DNA of 64,000 bases from Fimbriosthenelais zetlandica (GCA_977030845.1 OZ365109.1:56234001-56298000); one strand, 5' to 3'; counted from the stretch's first letter, positions 33,241-48,121 are shown. The notes: generated by a model from the letters alone, not told the origin. Numbers and translations are program-made.

Positions 33241-34429
33241 AGTCGTTCGGAAAACAATCTCGATAGCTATATAACATGATTAGTAATTTAATTCATGTGA
33301 ATGTACAAAACTTGTATATTGAAATTGTTCAACACATATAGACACATGTATCTAAATTATAAGTTAAAACGCCCCCAATAGGGGAGTAAAAGTTTAAATG
33401 TTTGGTGACAGTTTCATGGGAATTGACCACAGAACTTTGTGCATCATTGGTATTGCTACCAGACCACACAAATCCCCCAGCCATCCCCATACCCTCTCTA
33501 TTCCTAGAGGCAGCAGGAAATCCCTTCACAAAGCTTGGAATTCCAAATGACCGGTTGCACTGTTAACGCCACCCAGCGACAGTGATAACAACTGGCATTA
33601 AGTGATGACATAATGGCTGCAACCTTTGTCACTTCCATCCAGATGTAATTTGTCATCCCCAGACTCCAGACATTGTTTCCCAACAAACAAAGTCCACATC
33701 AATCTAACAAAAAAGGAAAACATCCCTATATCACCATGAAAAGGGGGAAAACATGTCGTTTTTTGTATGACTACAAAGGCACGATGTGAACTCAGGAAGT
33801 CCATTTATATCAGTTACAGGCGGTGAAGGACTTAGATATTACAATGGTCTCTCTCACAGAGTGCCCATGACATTTTCGATTCCCTTTTACCAACTAAATT
33901 CCCTCACCCTGACTCTTCACCCATTTTTTCTCTGACATTTTACTGAATGCTGGCTGAGCAAATTAAGCCTATTTTGCACTTTCATACATTGCTGCCATGC
34001 GGTTAAGCTATGCTACGCTTTTTGAGATTTGAAGGCAAAGCCCCGTCGAAAATATCGCCCGATATTTCACTATTTTAAATTCCCTAAGATTTCTGGGAAT
34101 GTTATAAATTTAGGGAATGCCGCTCCGACTTCTCAGTGTTCAAACTGTAGAAAAACTTTCCAGGTTCTTCAGGGGTTGTGGATACATTGCCCCCACCCCC
34201 TTCCAGATGGGACACATACTTCTACACTCAATCCTTCCCCACTGAACTCCTCCAAATGGTAAAATGACACTGCAGACCTCCCTGTGGGTACAATGGTTTT
34301 CATTGGCAAAAGCTCGTGACACGTACAAGGAGAGCTAATACATTGTGGCGGAGTAATCGTCAAGAGTGACACATTGGCCGGATCTATTTCATCCTAAATT
34401 TAAAATCAAGCCGATTAGTGACTCCCCCA

Positions 34430-34790
34430 TAAGTGTTACCCTTGAAAAAGGGGCTTGATATGTAGAGGCTGTTGTCTGGTAGGGTTGGGGAGAAGTGAGG
34501 AGGATTTATATTGATTCAAAGACAGAATCTGAAATGGAGGAACTAATGGCGCGTACTAATGTAGTCCCTATCGGGCCCGTACCTCCGTGGACCAGCATTC
34601 TTGTTGCATGTATCACGGCTACATCTCCAAGCCTTTCATCACCAGTGCTGATAACAATGCTTAATAGCTTTTTTCTGGAGGTGTTTTATCAAGGCTTCTT
34701 TGCCATTTCCTATCTGGAGCTTGATAAGAAGTGAACCACTCGAACAAATCAAACGCAGCGGTCCTCGTGACGGGCCCAGGGGAGACTGGT
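34430..34790 (-). mobile_element. Decayed non-LTR retrotransposon reverse-transcriptase fragment (L2/CR1-like)
   Basis: Hand translation across frames gives, in order, TAAFDLF-EWFTSYQ..R..Q (cf. SAAFD..WF.SYL..R.Q), GPRRYGP (cf. GVPQGSVLGP) and LPDNSLYIS (cf. YADDTQLYIS). There are many stops and frameshifts. Confidence 0.4.
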
Positions 34791-36229
34791 GCCTGAGACG
34801 AAAGGAAATTTGTTATAGCATAAATGCTTATGTTCCTTTTAGCTTTTTCAAGTGCAAAAAATAAGGGATTTAAACATTAAATGATCCTGTGGATAGATTG
34901 ATAAAGACCAGACTAACTATAGGGAATAATCCAGGATGTCTTCTTGACTTGACATTGAGCTGAACTCATCGTTCAACAAGTGAACTTATTGTGGTGGCTC
35001 TATAGCAGGGACTCGCCCGAGGCAGGACAAGTATACAAGTATTTGTATAGATGGCCACAATGACCAAGTCTGAATAGGTTCTCAATAATGTAATATCTAG
35101 ACGCCCGCTGACCTGAATATTGTATTACATCTTAGGGGGATGTGAGGCAAGTGAAGCACACTTGTTGGAAAGTGGTACATAAACTACAAGGTGCTTGATG
35201 TAGCAAAAGCCAAATGGATGGGACCTATTGACTCTTACTGAAAAAGTCAATGGCTTAAAAGCAACATTGTTCAAAAGTAAAGTTATCAACTGTATCAAAC
35301 ACCACGAACATGTCGCAACGAGGAAACAAGCTGTCGGAGCATTGACTGGTATTGAGATTTAAGACCTTGCATACAGGCTATTTGGTTCCAATACTCTAAT
35401 AGGCATATTGTCTAAAAATAGGCCTAGTTCTAAACACAAAAATAGTTTTGAGTCTGATGCAAAAGTCAAAATGCACCCCTGAGCACTCCAGCCATTAACT
35501 TTCCTTTTTGCTGCAAGTTCTATTTTCAAACACAACCTGTGGGCGAGAGTAGCTCATTACAATAGCCTGAGGGGAAATGAGGGACTGGGGAGGGAGGAGA
35601 GGGAGAGGAGGAAAGTGAAAGAAAAAAGGAGATTCATATAATATAGGAAGGAGAGAGGAACAGGGAGGACATAGTGGGAGGGAGAGAGTGAGGGAATCTG
35701 GGGTCGTGCTATGCAGCCTGATCCCTGCGATTCCTTACCTCTCTCATCGCATCCACCCGCTCACAGAGAGAGCACCTAATCTGGCCAGACTTCGCTCATC
35801 TGGACAATCTCATTAGATCAAATGGACAAGTCATGTCAACGGGCAAGCAACAGTGACTCTGTTCCCACAGTTGCCTGTGCACCGCCACACCCAGTGGTAT
35901 TTTGCTACAAGGCACAAGTCAAATAAGGCAGAGTGGTTTCCCTCCCCTCCTCCCCTTCCCCCACCCACACTCCCCATGCAATTCCTCCCATTGCAATTCC
36001 GTATGTATGGAATCCCTCCCCAGGTGGATGCCTCAAATGAGGGGGAAGGCCTCACGATGGTCGTTTAGGCTGTATTTTGCTCCAGCCAGCAACATTGGGC
36101 TGGAGCTTTGAAAAATATCAATAAATGGTCTTAGATTGGCAGTGTGAATGACAAGAAGGTTTTATTTCAACTGCGAGTGTTGGGCAGAATTGAAAGCAGG
36201 AGAGTTTTAGGAGTTCATCTTCCTGTAAA

Positions 36230-36700
36230 GGATCAACTAATCCCTTTCATTAAGCAAGTGGTGAATTGTACCAGCGGTGGGAGGGAACTTTGGAGGAGGA
36301 GGCAGAATTGGCAATGACCGGGCCCTGACATTCATTCCAAGGCTGTGAAATAAGGGGTGAAATCCGCAGACGTGTTCCGCCTTGGAATGGTGGTATTCGC
36401 AATGAGCATTGCCTCCATGGGAAGGCAGCGATCCTCCGGGCGATGATTCACAAATCTAAGAGATGAAGGCCACTTATTGAAAATATGGCTGTCCAGGGCG
36501 TCTTTCATTCAATATAGCCGACCATTGGAGAAGGCACGAGTATTGTTATAGTTGGAATGCGACCAGCATACAGGCAGATGCTCTTTATTCATTGTAATGA
36601 TTAAACTCTTTTCAATGATAAAGCATGGGATTTTTTCAGGCATTGGTCGTTGGAAGTTTCCATAGATTATGTACAAGCCAACTGGACTAGAAATTGGTAG
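36230..36700 (-). mobile_element. Decayed LINE apurinic-like endonuclease fragment
   Basis: LYIIYGNFQ (cf. II.GDFN) is followed by LLDL*..NHRPEDR/FPWRQ (cf. L.DIWR..HP....FTW). It lies upstream of the RT fragment on the same strand. Confidence 0.35.
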
Positions 36701-39700
36701 CAATAGGCGTTAAAAAATGTTCCATTCACTTACATAAAGGACCCCAACAATTCGTTTTTAGGTACTTCTAAAAAAATTTCTCTCTCTCCATCCCCACCAT
36801 CACAAACACCACCACCCCCACCCCCACCCACTCTTGCTTCTTTTCTCTCCCGCCTGACATTTTCTCTTCGATCTGTCTCCCATTTCTCTCTTTCTATGCA
36901 TTGATGCTGAGCACTATCTATATCGCTCTTTCTCATATTCTTCCCTTCTCTCTATCCCTCTCTATACCCTATATTTTTGTCATTCAATCAGTAAGGTTGG
37001 GCCTTCTGAAGTACACACGAAAATCTTGTATGAAAGGCTCTAGCCTGTCGTTGATAATTTTCAGGCATACCATTATATAGCCTCTCTAGGCTGGGCTTTG
37101 ATTCCTAAAGAGGGGACTTTTTGCCTCGACACAGTGATATTTATCACGAAAGGGCGTGCTATTGGCAAATGAATGTGACGAGGCATTAGATGGGACAATG
37201 CCCTTATACATGGGAGTCTTCAGACAAGAAGTACTGAAATTTCAACTCTATCCTTTCATAATATTGAGATATCCCAATTTTCATATTAAAGCTTTTGACT
37301 CTTTATTAGTTCCAGGAATTCTTTTTTACATTTATACTTTAGCTAGTATTTAAAAAAAAATTATGCATCAGAACTTTGGGCACAGAGCAATTCCAGAATT
37401 TAATGAAACATGATGCCAATATTTACACTGTTTTGCCTGCATTTCCATCCATCAATGGGGCTAAAGGGGAATGGAGTGCAATTGGTTTTCAGCATAAGTA
37501 TATAATTTTTTTTCGCTCAGATTCCTATAAGACCCTTCCCAATTTTAAATTCAATTTTTAATATACTTCTGCCAACTTTTAAAGCCTCATATGGGGATGT
37601 GTGTACCATGCTATTACCATATTATTCCCAATGTAAACTCAATGAGAGCACTTTAAAAAAATACTTTCTAGAAATTTGATGTTCCATGCTATAATCTCAG
37701 TCCTTGTTTGCAAATATGACCTTAGCAGTTCATCCTTTAGGGACAACTTGAACTTAAACTAAAAACCATATTTTGCTCCTCCAGTCATCCCTGCCTTTCA
37801 AGCAGACTAAAGATGTTGGCATAAGGCACATTATGGAGCATATTCTCTGTCCCCTCCGTGTTAATTCCACAATGACTGGGGATCAAGGCAATGCTTGAGG
37901 TGTGAGGGCTTCAATGGCAGCTCCATATTACCCCCACTCCTCACTGAGTGCGTGTTAATACACACACATTCAACGGATCAAATTTATTTGGCCAGACATA
38001 CTCACCCAAACATGTGTGAGAGGGAGCTGTATATATACATATTATCTAGAGGCGTCCAAATCTTTTGCTGGTTATATATGGAGGTTTTTCTACCACTAAA
38101 CTCAAGTACCGACATGGGTAGTATTATATACATAGTGTATTAGAATGTTGACAAAATACCAGGTTCGGCAGGTGCTACAATGTGGCTAATAAATCGGGAA
38201 TATCTTCCCAACATTTTTTAAATGAAGTTAAAACTCATATATATATTATATAGAAAACCCATACATTACAATGTTATCCACATCTGGAAACCATCTGGAA
38301 ATATTTTGCCGAGAAGCACTTGAAATGTGGTATTAAGAGATTCAATTTTAAAAATCCCCTTTTTCGAAGATAAAATACTGGGAGCTAGGAAACCCAAATA
38401 TTTTGAGCAACACTGTAGATAGACTGTAAAAGATATAAAATGTGAGGGATATTTCTTGATGTATTGTGTGATATAGATCAAACGGTCAAGTATTGTTACA
38501 GGTGACAAAATATACTAAGAGTAAATCTATATTTATGTATGTATAAAGTTGACAGTCGCCCAGGTTTATTAGTAAAATGTACAATTTTGCACCTGTTTTG
38601 ATAACCATACCACAGAAGGCATGGATATCACACAAACATAATTTAAATAGATAGAAATATCCGTAGTAGGGTTACCTCAAGCGTAATGGAATCTTTACTA
38701 ATTTTATAAAATCTTCTGTGGAACGGTTATCGCAAATTGTAGAGGCACCTGTCGAGGTGGTGCGTGGGGAGGTGGTCTATGACTAGTGAAGGTGAGTTAA
38801 GTATGTGAAATCACGGTATGGTATATATTAGAATATCTTAAATTACAAGCGATTTACATCAGTAAATATCCCTGTTATTTTATCCTGGGGTCTGTTAAAT
38901 AACCTGCCCAACAATATGGACATAAAATTTGATGCCATTTAATTATCGAATGCAAATATTCCATATTGGAGAAAGTAACGATTTATTTTAGTAATTATTG
39001 CGTGCAAATAGAGTACAAAGACTCATAGAAAGGTAACGTGTTGAGATAATAACTAAAATTCACACAATTACTAGACGATTTCAGAATTCAGTGCCAACCA
39101 AGCATTATGTTTGAAAAAAAGGGATTTTTTTCCAGGAGGAAAGTTTCCAAAGACAACTGAAATGACAAAATGGGGGATGGCATGTGGATGGGAATTAACC
39201 GCAGTACGCCATGTTATCGAGTTTCACAAGCTTGTACATACAGAGTGTAAAATACCAGCCCTTGATTTCTGTTAAAGGGGCGAGGAGGGATCTCCAGCTC
39301 TCCCCCGATTCATCCCTCCCTCGGTAAATGGTGCAAATACACTGAGAACATTCTCAGGCAGAGTGTTAGAGGGTTCTGAAGCCAGCCAGACAGCCGCTTT
39401 GGATGCTTTAATGATTAGCCCAAGAGCCGGGATGGAAAAGGTTTAGGAGAAAGCGGTTCAATAGCTTTTAGTGGGTGTTTTGTGGACACAGTTTCATTAG
39501 AAAGGTCCTCGAGCGATGGCTTCAGACTAGTGGTAGTGGTGGTGGAGAGGGTGGAAAACGAGCTGCCATTACGGGGGCACTACCTTATTTTACGCTAGTT
39601 TATAACTAGGTACAGTATTGAGAAATTTAGAGATTCTTTTCGGAGGTGGAGAGGGATGGGTGGTAGTAATGTTTTGAGCTTCATGCTGCAGTTTATATTT

Positions 39701-42299
39701 AAAAAATGTGTATTTTAAATGGTACCATGCAACCTGAATAAAGTAGTATAAATAATTTTTTGTCAGAATTAAATAGTAATTATTATTAGTGGTTCAAATG
39801 TTGAAATGATGCTCTTTTTTGAGAGGGAAGCCTTTAACTCATGCATTGCCCTTACACAACAGGAGAGTACCCCCTCCGCCTCCCACGATGATAGCAGGTG
39901 GAGGCAGGATGAGCGGTTGGAGGGACCAATCTTTTCTCGCCTTAATGAGAGAATCACTGCTGTTTGATGATGTAAAAACCGTGGTATATACCAAATAAAA
40001 GCCCTTTGTCAATGCCATAACAAAGTGCAATGTATGCATTTCTATACCTCCGGTATTGAGCCCCATAAAGAGTGGGGTGTGTGGGCCTATGCTGTGGCCA
40101 TTCGTTAAAAACTCGCCCTAAGCTACAGGCACATATACATGTATTTAGTTCACTAATGGCCAAACTTCCCTCCCTAAAAATACATCCTCAGGGCTTTCAG
40201 TGTATATGTATGCGCCATGGACAGGAGCAACTTTCCTATACTACTACTTCAGTAGGGACGCTAGGAACATGCATGCCTCCGCAATACTCTGCTTTACAAG
40301 GTCACAGGGTCACGGGCCTTCAGTTATTGCTTTTGGTAGTTTTGGGGAGGGGTGTTGTGTATATCTTTTGTATGAAGTTAATATTGTGTTGGTTTTCTTG
40401 TTTTCTTTCATTTTTGATAAAAACTAATTCCTTCCGTATCAGTACATGTACAGTACCGGTACATGAATTTCTTATTTCTCCTCTCCTACTCTCTTCAAGT
40501 CTCGCTCTCTCAATCTCTTTTTTCCTCTGCTTCCCTTCCCTTCCCCTCTTCTACCTCTTCCCTCCCCCACCCTCCCCTCCATCCATCCATCCCTCCATCC
40601 ACCTTTCTCTTCTCTATCCATCCCTCGTTCACCAACTCCCCATCTCTCTCAGGGTGAGGGTAGGAGGGCTTGGGAAGCCAGCAAACTGTCATCTAATTCA
40701 CTAGGGTCATTTCCCGTCAGTCCATCAGTGTAACCCATTTTAAGGCACTGACTTGATCAGACATTCTGCCCGAGCATTCACAAATCTCCCTGCCTCCTCC
40801 ACGGCGTCCTGCTGATATCTGACTCTGTCTGTGAGCGGACTTTTTACTTACTTTAATTCATTGCTCTACACTAATGGCCTGCACTTTTGTATTGAACGAC
40901 ATTTACCCCCAAGATTCCCCTTTTTAACCTTTCCCAGAACGGACGCAGATGTATTGAGCCAAAGAACAGTAGACTAAGAACATCATTAAATTAAAAAAAA
41001 CCTGGTGATGATATTATGATCCAATGCAAGAGAGAGCTGGCATAATATATACAATTTTAACTTTATTTATAGGAGACATATAGTCTATAGAACTTCTTTG
41101 TTTTTATTAATCATCACTTTGAACATATCTATATAACTTCATAATGATTATAACTAACTCTCAAAAAAGAAACAGTTACTCCTTTTGAAAAGTGAATTAA
41201 TAATATTTCATGTTATTATCTCATAATACATAGAGATTCGACGCCAATATTTTTCAAATCTAGTCATGCATTGCCATGGTTGTGATCTCCATTTTTAATC
41301 AACAGGAAAACTTGAACATTATTGATTTTATTGCCGGTTTCTTCCTTTGCTCTGTTGACAAAAGCAATTAAGTTTGGCAAATATGCATAGAGAGGAACAA
41401 TATTTTGAAGGTTAATGACCCATTCTTAGTAGAATAGGAAAAACAAAGTAAAATTATGGGTTGAAAAATGCCATGCATCAACCTTAATTGAAGGAGGGTT
41501 GACATTTAGCCATTTTAAAACTTCACATTGTGCCAAGGTAGGTTAACGACTGAAACCCTCCAAACTCAATGAACTCTTTTGACATGGTCCATTCATGTGC
41601 CAATATGCATTTATAATAGGCCTATGCTCAAGTAGAATAAAACATTCTGAAAGTTTCATAGATCTTTTCTTCCGTTAAGCATTTCTGGGCTTTTTAGAAA
41701 TATTTGTATATAATGTATGACGACTGAAGTTTCCCACAAAAAAACAAAAAACTTTTCCAGAAATATCTACACAATTATGGGATGATTTTACTAAAATAAT
41801 AGTACCATGAACCTAATAAATGTAATGGGAAATGGGACCCAAAAAGTTAAAAAAACAAAAGGAAATTGGTTTTCACTATCTGTCAAGTCACCCAAAAACA
41901 CTGATATCAGACAATTGCCTGTGAACTGGTCTCTCCGCAATACTAAGAAATAATCAGTAAACAAAATACAGGGAAGTCTTTGATCTCAATGTATGTACAG
42001 GTCATTGTTAATTATTAAGATTGTGTTAGTGGATGGATGGGTTGGCCACAGGTTTTGATTGCTGTGATGTCCAGTTTATGATGATAAACTGTATAGGATG
42101 GTCATATATAACAGGATGGTCATCGAGTTAATGATGGGGAATGACCACTCGGACCTTCACTGACCACAAAGGATTATGTATTTATCGCTGCGGCTATATG
42201 GGACTTGGGCTAACAACATAAGATATATGGCCTTAGTTTGATTATACCTGAGGCAATGGAGAGTGAGCACAAAGGAGAGACTGTGTCAATGAGCATGTT

Positions 42300-42700
42300 C
42301 CTGCCTAGCGATGACCGCTACTGACCAATGGCAATGATGACCAGAGGGCAGTTGTTATACCTGTCAGCGTCCAGCCAGCGCCTGGTGTTGGCATGGTGAT
42401 GGTTGGGACATCAGTTGGCATCCATTTGAAGTGGACAGAGGAGGAGGCAGGGGTCAGTGAATGGTCAAGGTGAGACGTGGGTAATACTGGTGTTGTATGG
42501 ACACCTGCTAAGAAATGGAAGGGCCGATGGACACCGGTTTTCTCATGCATTTCCACTTAAGTGCTCTCGACTTTGTGCTCGACTGTGTTAGTGAAATGAA
42601 AGGAGGCCTCGGGGCGCCTTTATGAGTGCCATGTTTGATGGGAGAGATGAATGGTGGTGTCTCCTCGACCATGTGGAAAATGGTGCTTAAAATCATGGCA
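42300..42700 (-). mobile_element. Decayed L2-like ORF2 C-terminal fragment
   Basis: TTALWSSLPLVSS (cf. AP.LWNSLP..IR), preceded by PPFISPIKHG (cf. HITP.L..LHW). Confidence 0.3.
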
Positions 42701-45700
42701 TAATGTCAAATACAGAGGTGAAGGATTTAACATACCAATCAATGTATTAAGACATGTCCTACCTATGTCAAAGTGTCCAAAGATGGTATGCAAGTATGCA
42801 GAAATAGATTTCAAATATATATCACTAAATGAAAATTAAAAGTCAATATCAGAGAGTAAAAATCCATATTGGCAAAACCTGTTAGAAATTTACATTACAC
42901 TAACCAAATGGACAATCATAGTTGAAATATTCTTAACATTGGGAAGACAGGGTAACCGTTTCCGCTGAATTCATATAAAAAGTGTGAAATATATTACAAA
43001 ATCTTGGAAGTTACTTTAATATTTCCAAGAACGATATAAAGTTTTGTTAATTTGAACAATGCACACATTAAATGACCTATACTTATCTTGACAATATTTC
43101 TCAGGTTTTTACCCATTTTTAGGTCAACTACATGGATGTTACAAAAATATTAGGTCGCATATAGCAGGTTATCAATCACATAGATGTATGACAGGAGGTG
43201 GGGAGGGGCCTGAAGGCTGCTAATACCTACCTACCAATAACTGTGGCCAGTTATATTCATCATACAAGGCCAAGAAAACTTAAAAAATGTTTAATCATCT
43301 ATACAGAGAGTTGGAAGCAAAATTATTCAACCTCCTCTGACTTTAAACTAACTGTTGATAACCATACATTAAGCATTATGGATCAAATCGTTGTACATGT
43401 ATCTATTTTGCTGGTTTCTTAATGGCTTATCACACCAGCTGCAACATTTTATGATATTTTGCCAGTGCAACTATTTTAGCAATATTAAGCACATGACTGT
43501 TGTATAAAACATGGTTCCAGTTTCAAGTACAGTTCTTGATGAATTTCTTCTATTGAGACAAGAAGGAAATTCCAGTGAATTTTGCCTTGAAATTCAATGG
43601 AATCTGAGAAATCAACAGATGTTCAAAACAGGCTTTCGGGGCAGCCTATGTTGCAGCGTTACCAGAAACATATTTTATTAGTCTATATGATTCTGACTGG
43701 AAAATTCAATTTGATACATTCACAAGAAACTTGAAGCCGTTTCAAGTTGTGAAGGGATCTTTATTAATACATAATAATGCAATGCTTGTGTATCGCTAAC
43801 AATACTATAGCCTACTGAAGTTTGCTTCATAATCAATATCCCCCATTCATTGAAGATTTCACTTTGGTATAATTATATATGGTTATATGAATTAGAGGCC
43901 GGATATTATGATGTACGGTGGGTGGGTATTGTATGTTAAAGTACACATAAGAGTAAATTATTGTCGGTTACCGGTATATACCATCAACAGAAATTATTGG
44001 TACACTTTAAAATATATAGCAGTTTTTACATTAATAATGCTTAATGAACTGGTGAAAATGTATTAATTCATAAATCTGGCTCTGTACGAGAAGGTCATAG
44101 TAGGACGGTGTAATATTCAAAGTGGAATCAATTTTTAAAGACTGTACAATAATTATTTTTGGTCATAGTGTACCAATGATGCATGGCTCAATGTTACACC
44201 ACAATAGATGATGGGAAAGCTAGGCGGAGGCAGGTACAGGTGAAATATATTACGTAATTACATTATAATGTCATCCCCACAAAGTCATAAAATTTTATGT
44301 CAGACAGAACAAAAAAGTGGCTCTTCTAAATTGAAATGTTTAGAATGCTGAGGTCATTGATATGATATTATTAAAGTTACCACTTGTCGCTAATTGCTCA
44401 ATTTTATTTTTAATTTAAAACTTAATTTAACTGATAACATATCAAATAAAATCTCTTATATCAAATAAAGATCTTAACGTAATAGCCATGTAGTTGGATA
44501 ACATCCATAATCGGTATACCAGAAACATTTTGAAGGATTTCATCATACATATAATATAAAGACATATCCATTTTTTTGCTTCCATTTTATTGGGGGGCGG
44601 GGGGGGGGAGTGGAGGGCCTATTCCACAAATTGTTATGTTATAATGAAATTTCCCACAACTGTCACCATGCATTGCCCATATAATGTCCTTAAACATCCT
44701 TGAACTTTAGGCAAGGGCAGTATAATATAGATGTGCCTGTGGTATAAGCATCTATTTAGATGTCGTTTTTTGGATCTAAAAGCAGTGCCTTTAGAGGCAC
44801 ATGTAGTAAGTGTTAAGCATCCGTGAGCAGACATTGGATCCATTAGTAAGGTGGGAGACTGAGGGCTGTGTGACATACACTTCACACTATAGCAGCTAAC
44901 CCTGGTCCCCATCAATTCCACCATTCCACCATCCACTTCCTTACCCATTTCTCCCCCATGTTCTCTTCCCAATTCCCCTCCCTATATCCGTGCAGCTTTT
45001 GATGGAACTAGAAGGACAGTAAAGGATATTATAATATGCCAATATATAGTGCCAATAGAATGTTTTAGTATTTTTAGAAAATCTAAGAAAAAAGGCTAGA
45101 AGGCTAAAATATGGGAACTGGTCAGACTTTTCAGAGGTCCGGAGATGATGCAGATAATTATCCGAATTTATCTTCAATTTAATTTGATTAATTAACCTGT
45201 CATAATTATCGAGCTAGTGATCGAATGAAGTGGTGAGTATTTGTTGACCTATGCAATTCTACCCACAAGTCAGTCATACAAATACATGAAAACGCCCAGG
45301 AGAAGGCGATACTAATGATGACCAGCAATGTAAACCTTTCTAGTCTGATTAAGACATGTTTGTAATGTAAATAGACTCCTAACTTGCTAATCTCCCTCTT
45401 CCTTCTTTTTAAAATGTTTTATTTCAATTCCAGGTCCGGCCTACAGTCCTGGTTCACGATCTAGACGATCTGAACCATTCAGGAATGCAGAAATTTGAAG
45501 CTATAATCTAATCTGTGGAGAGTAATTACTTTGAGTATAATCACTAATAAATTCATATGTTCAATTATTCAGATGTTAATAGTTTCTTCCATGGATGACC
45601 TATAATTTGTTTAAATAAATCTGAAAATTTCCGGAAGTAGAAAAAACTGTAAAACAATTCACCAACACCTGCAACACAAACCAGCGAACCCGGAACAGAG

Positions 45701-46730
45701 TAACAAACTAGGTTGACATAAAATACAACGCAACTTGGCCATTTCCCATTTTAATTGCAAAAATGCAAAAATCATGTAGAAAGACTATAGTTTTGAGGGC
45801 GTGTGAAGCTGCACCTGGACCGTGTGTTGTGGAGAGGGAGTGAGAGAAGTTGATGGAGAAGCATGAAGGAGCATCGTGTGATCTCCACATGTAACAGGTC
45901 ACAGACTGGGATCATTGAGAATGACAGATGGATGGGCTCTCCACGGCAACACATTTAACACACCCCATCAACCGATCACAACCTCTCATTTTTTCATCTT
46001 TTTTTTGTGGTCCACAATGAAGAAGAGGTCTTATCTTCTTCTCATTGGGTTGAAATATTGCTATTAAATGTGGTATCTCTTGCCCAGCAGGGGAAATCAA
46101 ACTTGTTGAACTTTTTTGCCCATTACAAGAAAATGTATCTTATCAATAATTTCCGGTCAATAAAGATGTTGTTGGCACTTATCGAATTAAATTATGATTT
46201 TCTTAATCAATAAAAAGTATTCGTTCGGGATTAGTAAATTTGTACTAAAGGAATTTTGTACTAAATACACTTTGGCCGAGAATTTGACAATTCAATGGAA
46301 CTTTTTAATAAGTCACACGTTATCTTTCTCGCATATTGAGATTCCCTTCAATGACGGTACTCTACAAGAAATAATATTAGAAATATTATAATTGAACAAA
46401 AAACAGTTTTCTACGGGGAAGAAAACTGTTCCAACTGAATTTCACATTTGCAAATAGAACTTATAACCCATAGAAAAGTCATTATTTCAGTACGTGCAGA
46501 GCAGGGAGTAAGTATTAAGATTTTTTTCAACCAACTTTTAAGATTGAATTTCCCCTCGATAAATGACTGTATGGGTTTAGACTGTCAGACAGGAGGTGAT
46601 CTATTATTATTTCCTCTGACATAAGATGATAAATTTTCACCATCATGTAGAAAAGCTGACATAAATGGGTCCGACAAGTCATATCATGTACTCCAGCAAC
46701 ACAGACACCCACCTACACACTGACCTTCTA

Positions 46731-47021
46731 CAGTAGATCTCACTTAACGATCATCTCACTTAGGCGACCACCTCTCTAAAGTGACCATCCCATATAGATG
46801 CCCAGAACGAAATGTTTTACCACGACCATTGCAAGACATGCTCACTACATGTAAAGTGACTGATCCGAAATGCGAACCTCAGACAGCATCTCACAGTGCG
46901 ACAACCAAATAGTCAGAACCAAATTCTGGCATTTAAATTAAACTATAGTTCTAAGTATCGTAGATCTACAGTAACACAACGACCACAATTAGGCTAGTCA
47001 CATTATAGTGAGACTCCACTG
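46731..47021. mobile_element. 291-bp Tc1/mariner-superfamily (pogo/Tigger-type) MITE with TA TSD
   Basis: Left end is TA|CAGTAGATCTCACTTAACG. The right end reverse-complemented is TA|CAGTGGAGTCTCACTATAATG. Internal gcgaccacctctctaaagtgaccat subrepeats are typical of such MITEs. Confidence 0.65.
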
Positions 47022-48121
47022 TATTTATCCATGTTTAAATAGCCATCAAGTTAGAATTCATATTTACAGAGGCATAATTTCTTGTGAGCGTGTTGCATAT
47101 GATGTACAGGTACAGGATGTAATGCCAATACATTGGATCAAAGAGAAAGTATGTGGTTTTACTGGGAAATATTTTCATCTGGCCATGAAAAGGCGTAGAG
47201 AGAACAGATGTGATGCGGTCTGGATCTGATTTTAAACGGGAAAATCAATGATGTATGAGGATTTAATGAGGTTTATCTGAAGATTTCATTATATTTGAAA
47301 CTTGGTGAAAGTGGACCTCATTTTTATTCAACACTTTATATAAGTTAACACTTTGGTTAAAAGTTTAAATTGGGTAAGCATTTTCTGCAAATCGATATTG
47401 GCTATATCGCAAATGTAGGCCGATTCGTCCTCCGAACTTTGCATTTTGTTAGCCTTTGCAGATCATTAGTTTTGATCAAAGCTTTGTTATCATTATTGGT
47501 AATGAATATTTTCTTCTCAGGGGAAAATAAACTCATAACGTCAAAAACACTAAAATTCAATGATAATCAGTTAAGAATTTGATAGATGAAGAATACAACC
47601 TTTCACTAGTTATCACGATCTTGACCTTAGGCGGTTTCTCCCTGCAGCCAAACTCCTTCGCTCTTCTCACCTTTTCCCTGCGGGACAGGCTCCCCTCTTG
47701 GCCCTTCCTGGCCCCAAGATTTGCCCTAGCATCCCTCCTCCTATATATAGTGTCTACCTCATCCAATACTTTCTCCAAATTTTCCCAACTTCTACATTTA
47801 TTCTATCCCATCCCTCCCCACCCCCTTTCCCTCCAAACTCGTTCTCTCTCCCTCCTCCCCACTCATCTCCCTCTACAATCTCTCCATCTCCTCCAACCTT
47901 ACTCCCCTCGATCCCCTCTCCCCTTCTCCACAACCTCTCCCACCCTACCCACTCCCCACCCTATAACCCTCACATGTGTAGTTCGATCATGTTGAGCCTC
48001 AGGTGTGAGACAGGTGGATAAATAGATATATACGCCCTGATTATGGACCCCCACCTTTATGTAAATGACCTTTACCTAGTATCCGCGGGACCAATACCTT
48101 TGGTATACTTACAAATCACCT

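Noticed and set aside
40072-40704. Longest ORF (210 aa)
   Set aside because: It starts at GTG, the second half is a pyrimidine low-complexity tract, and it has no domain motif or splice context.
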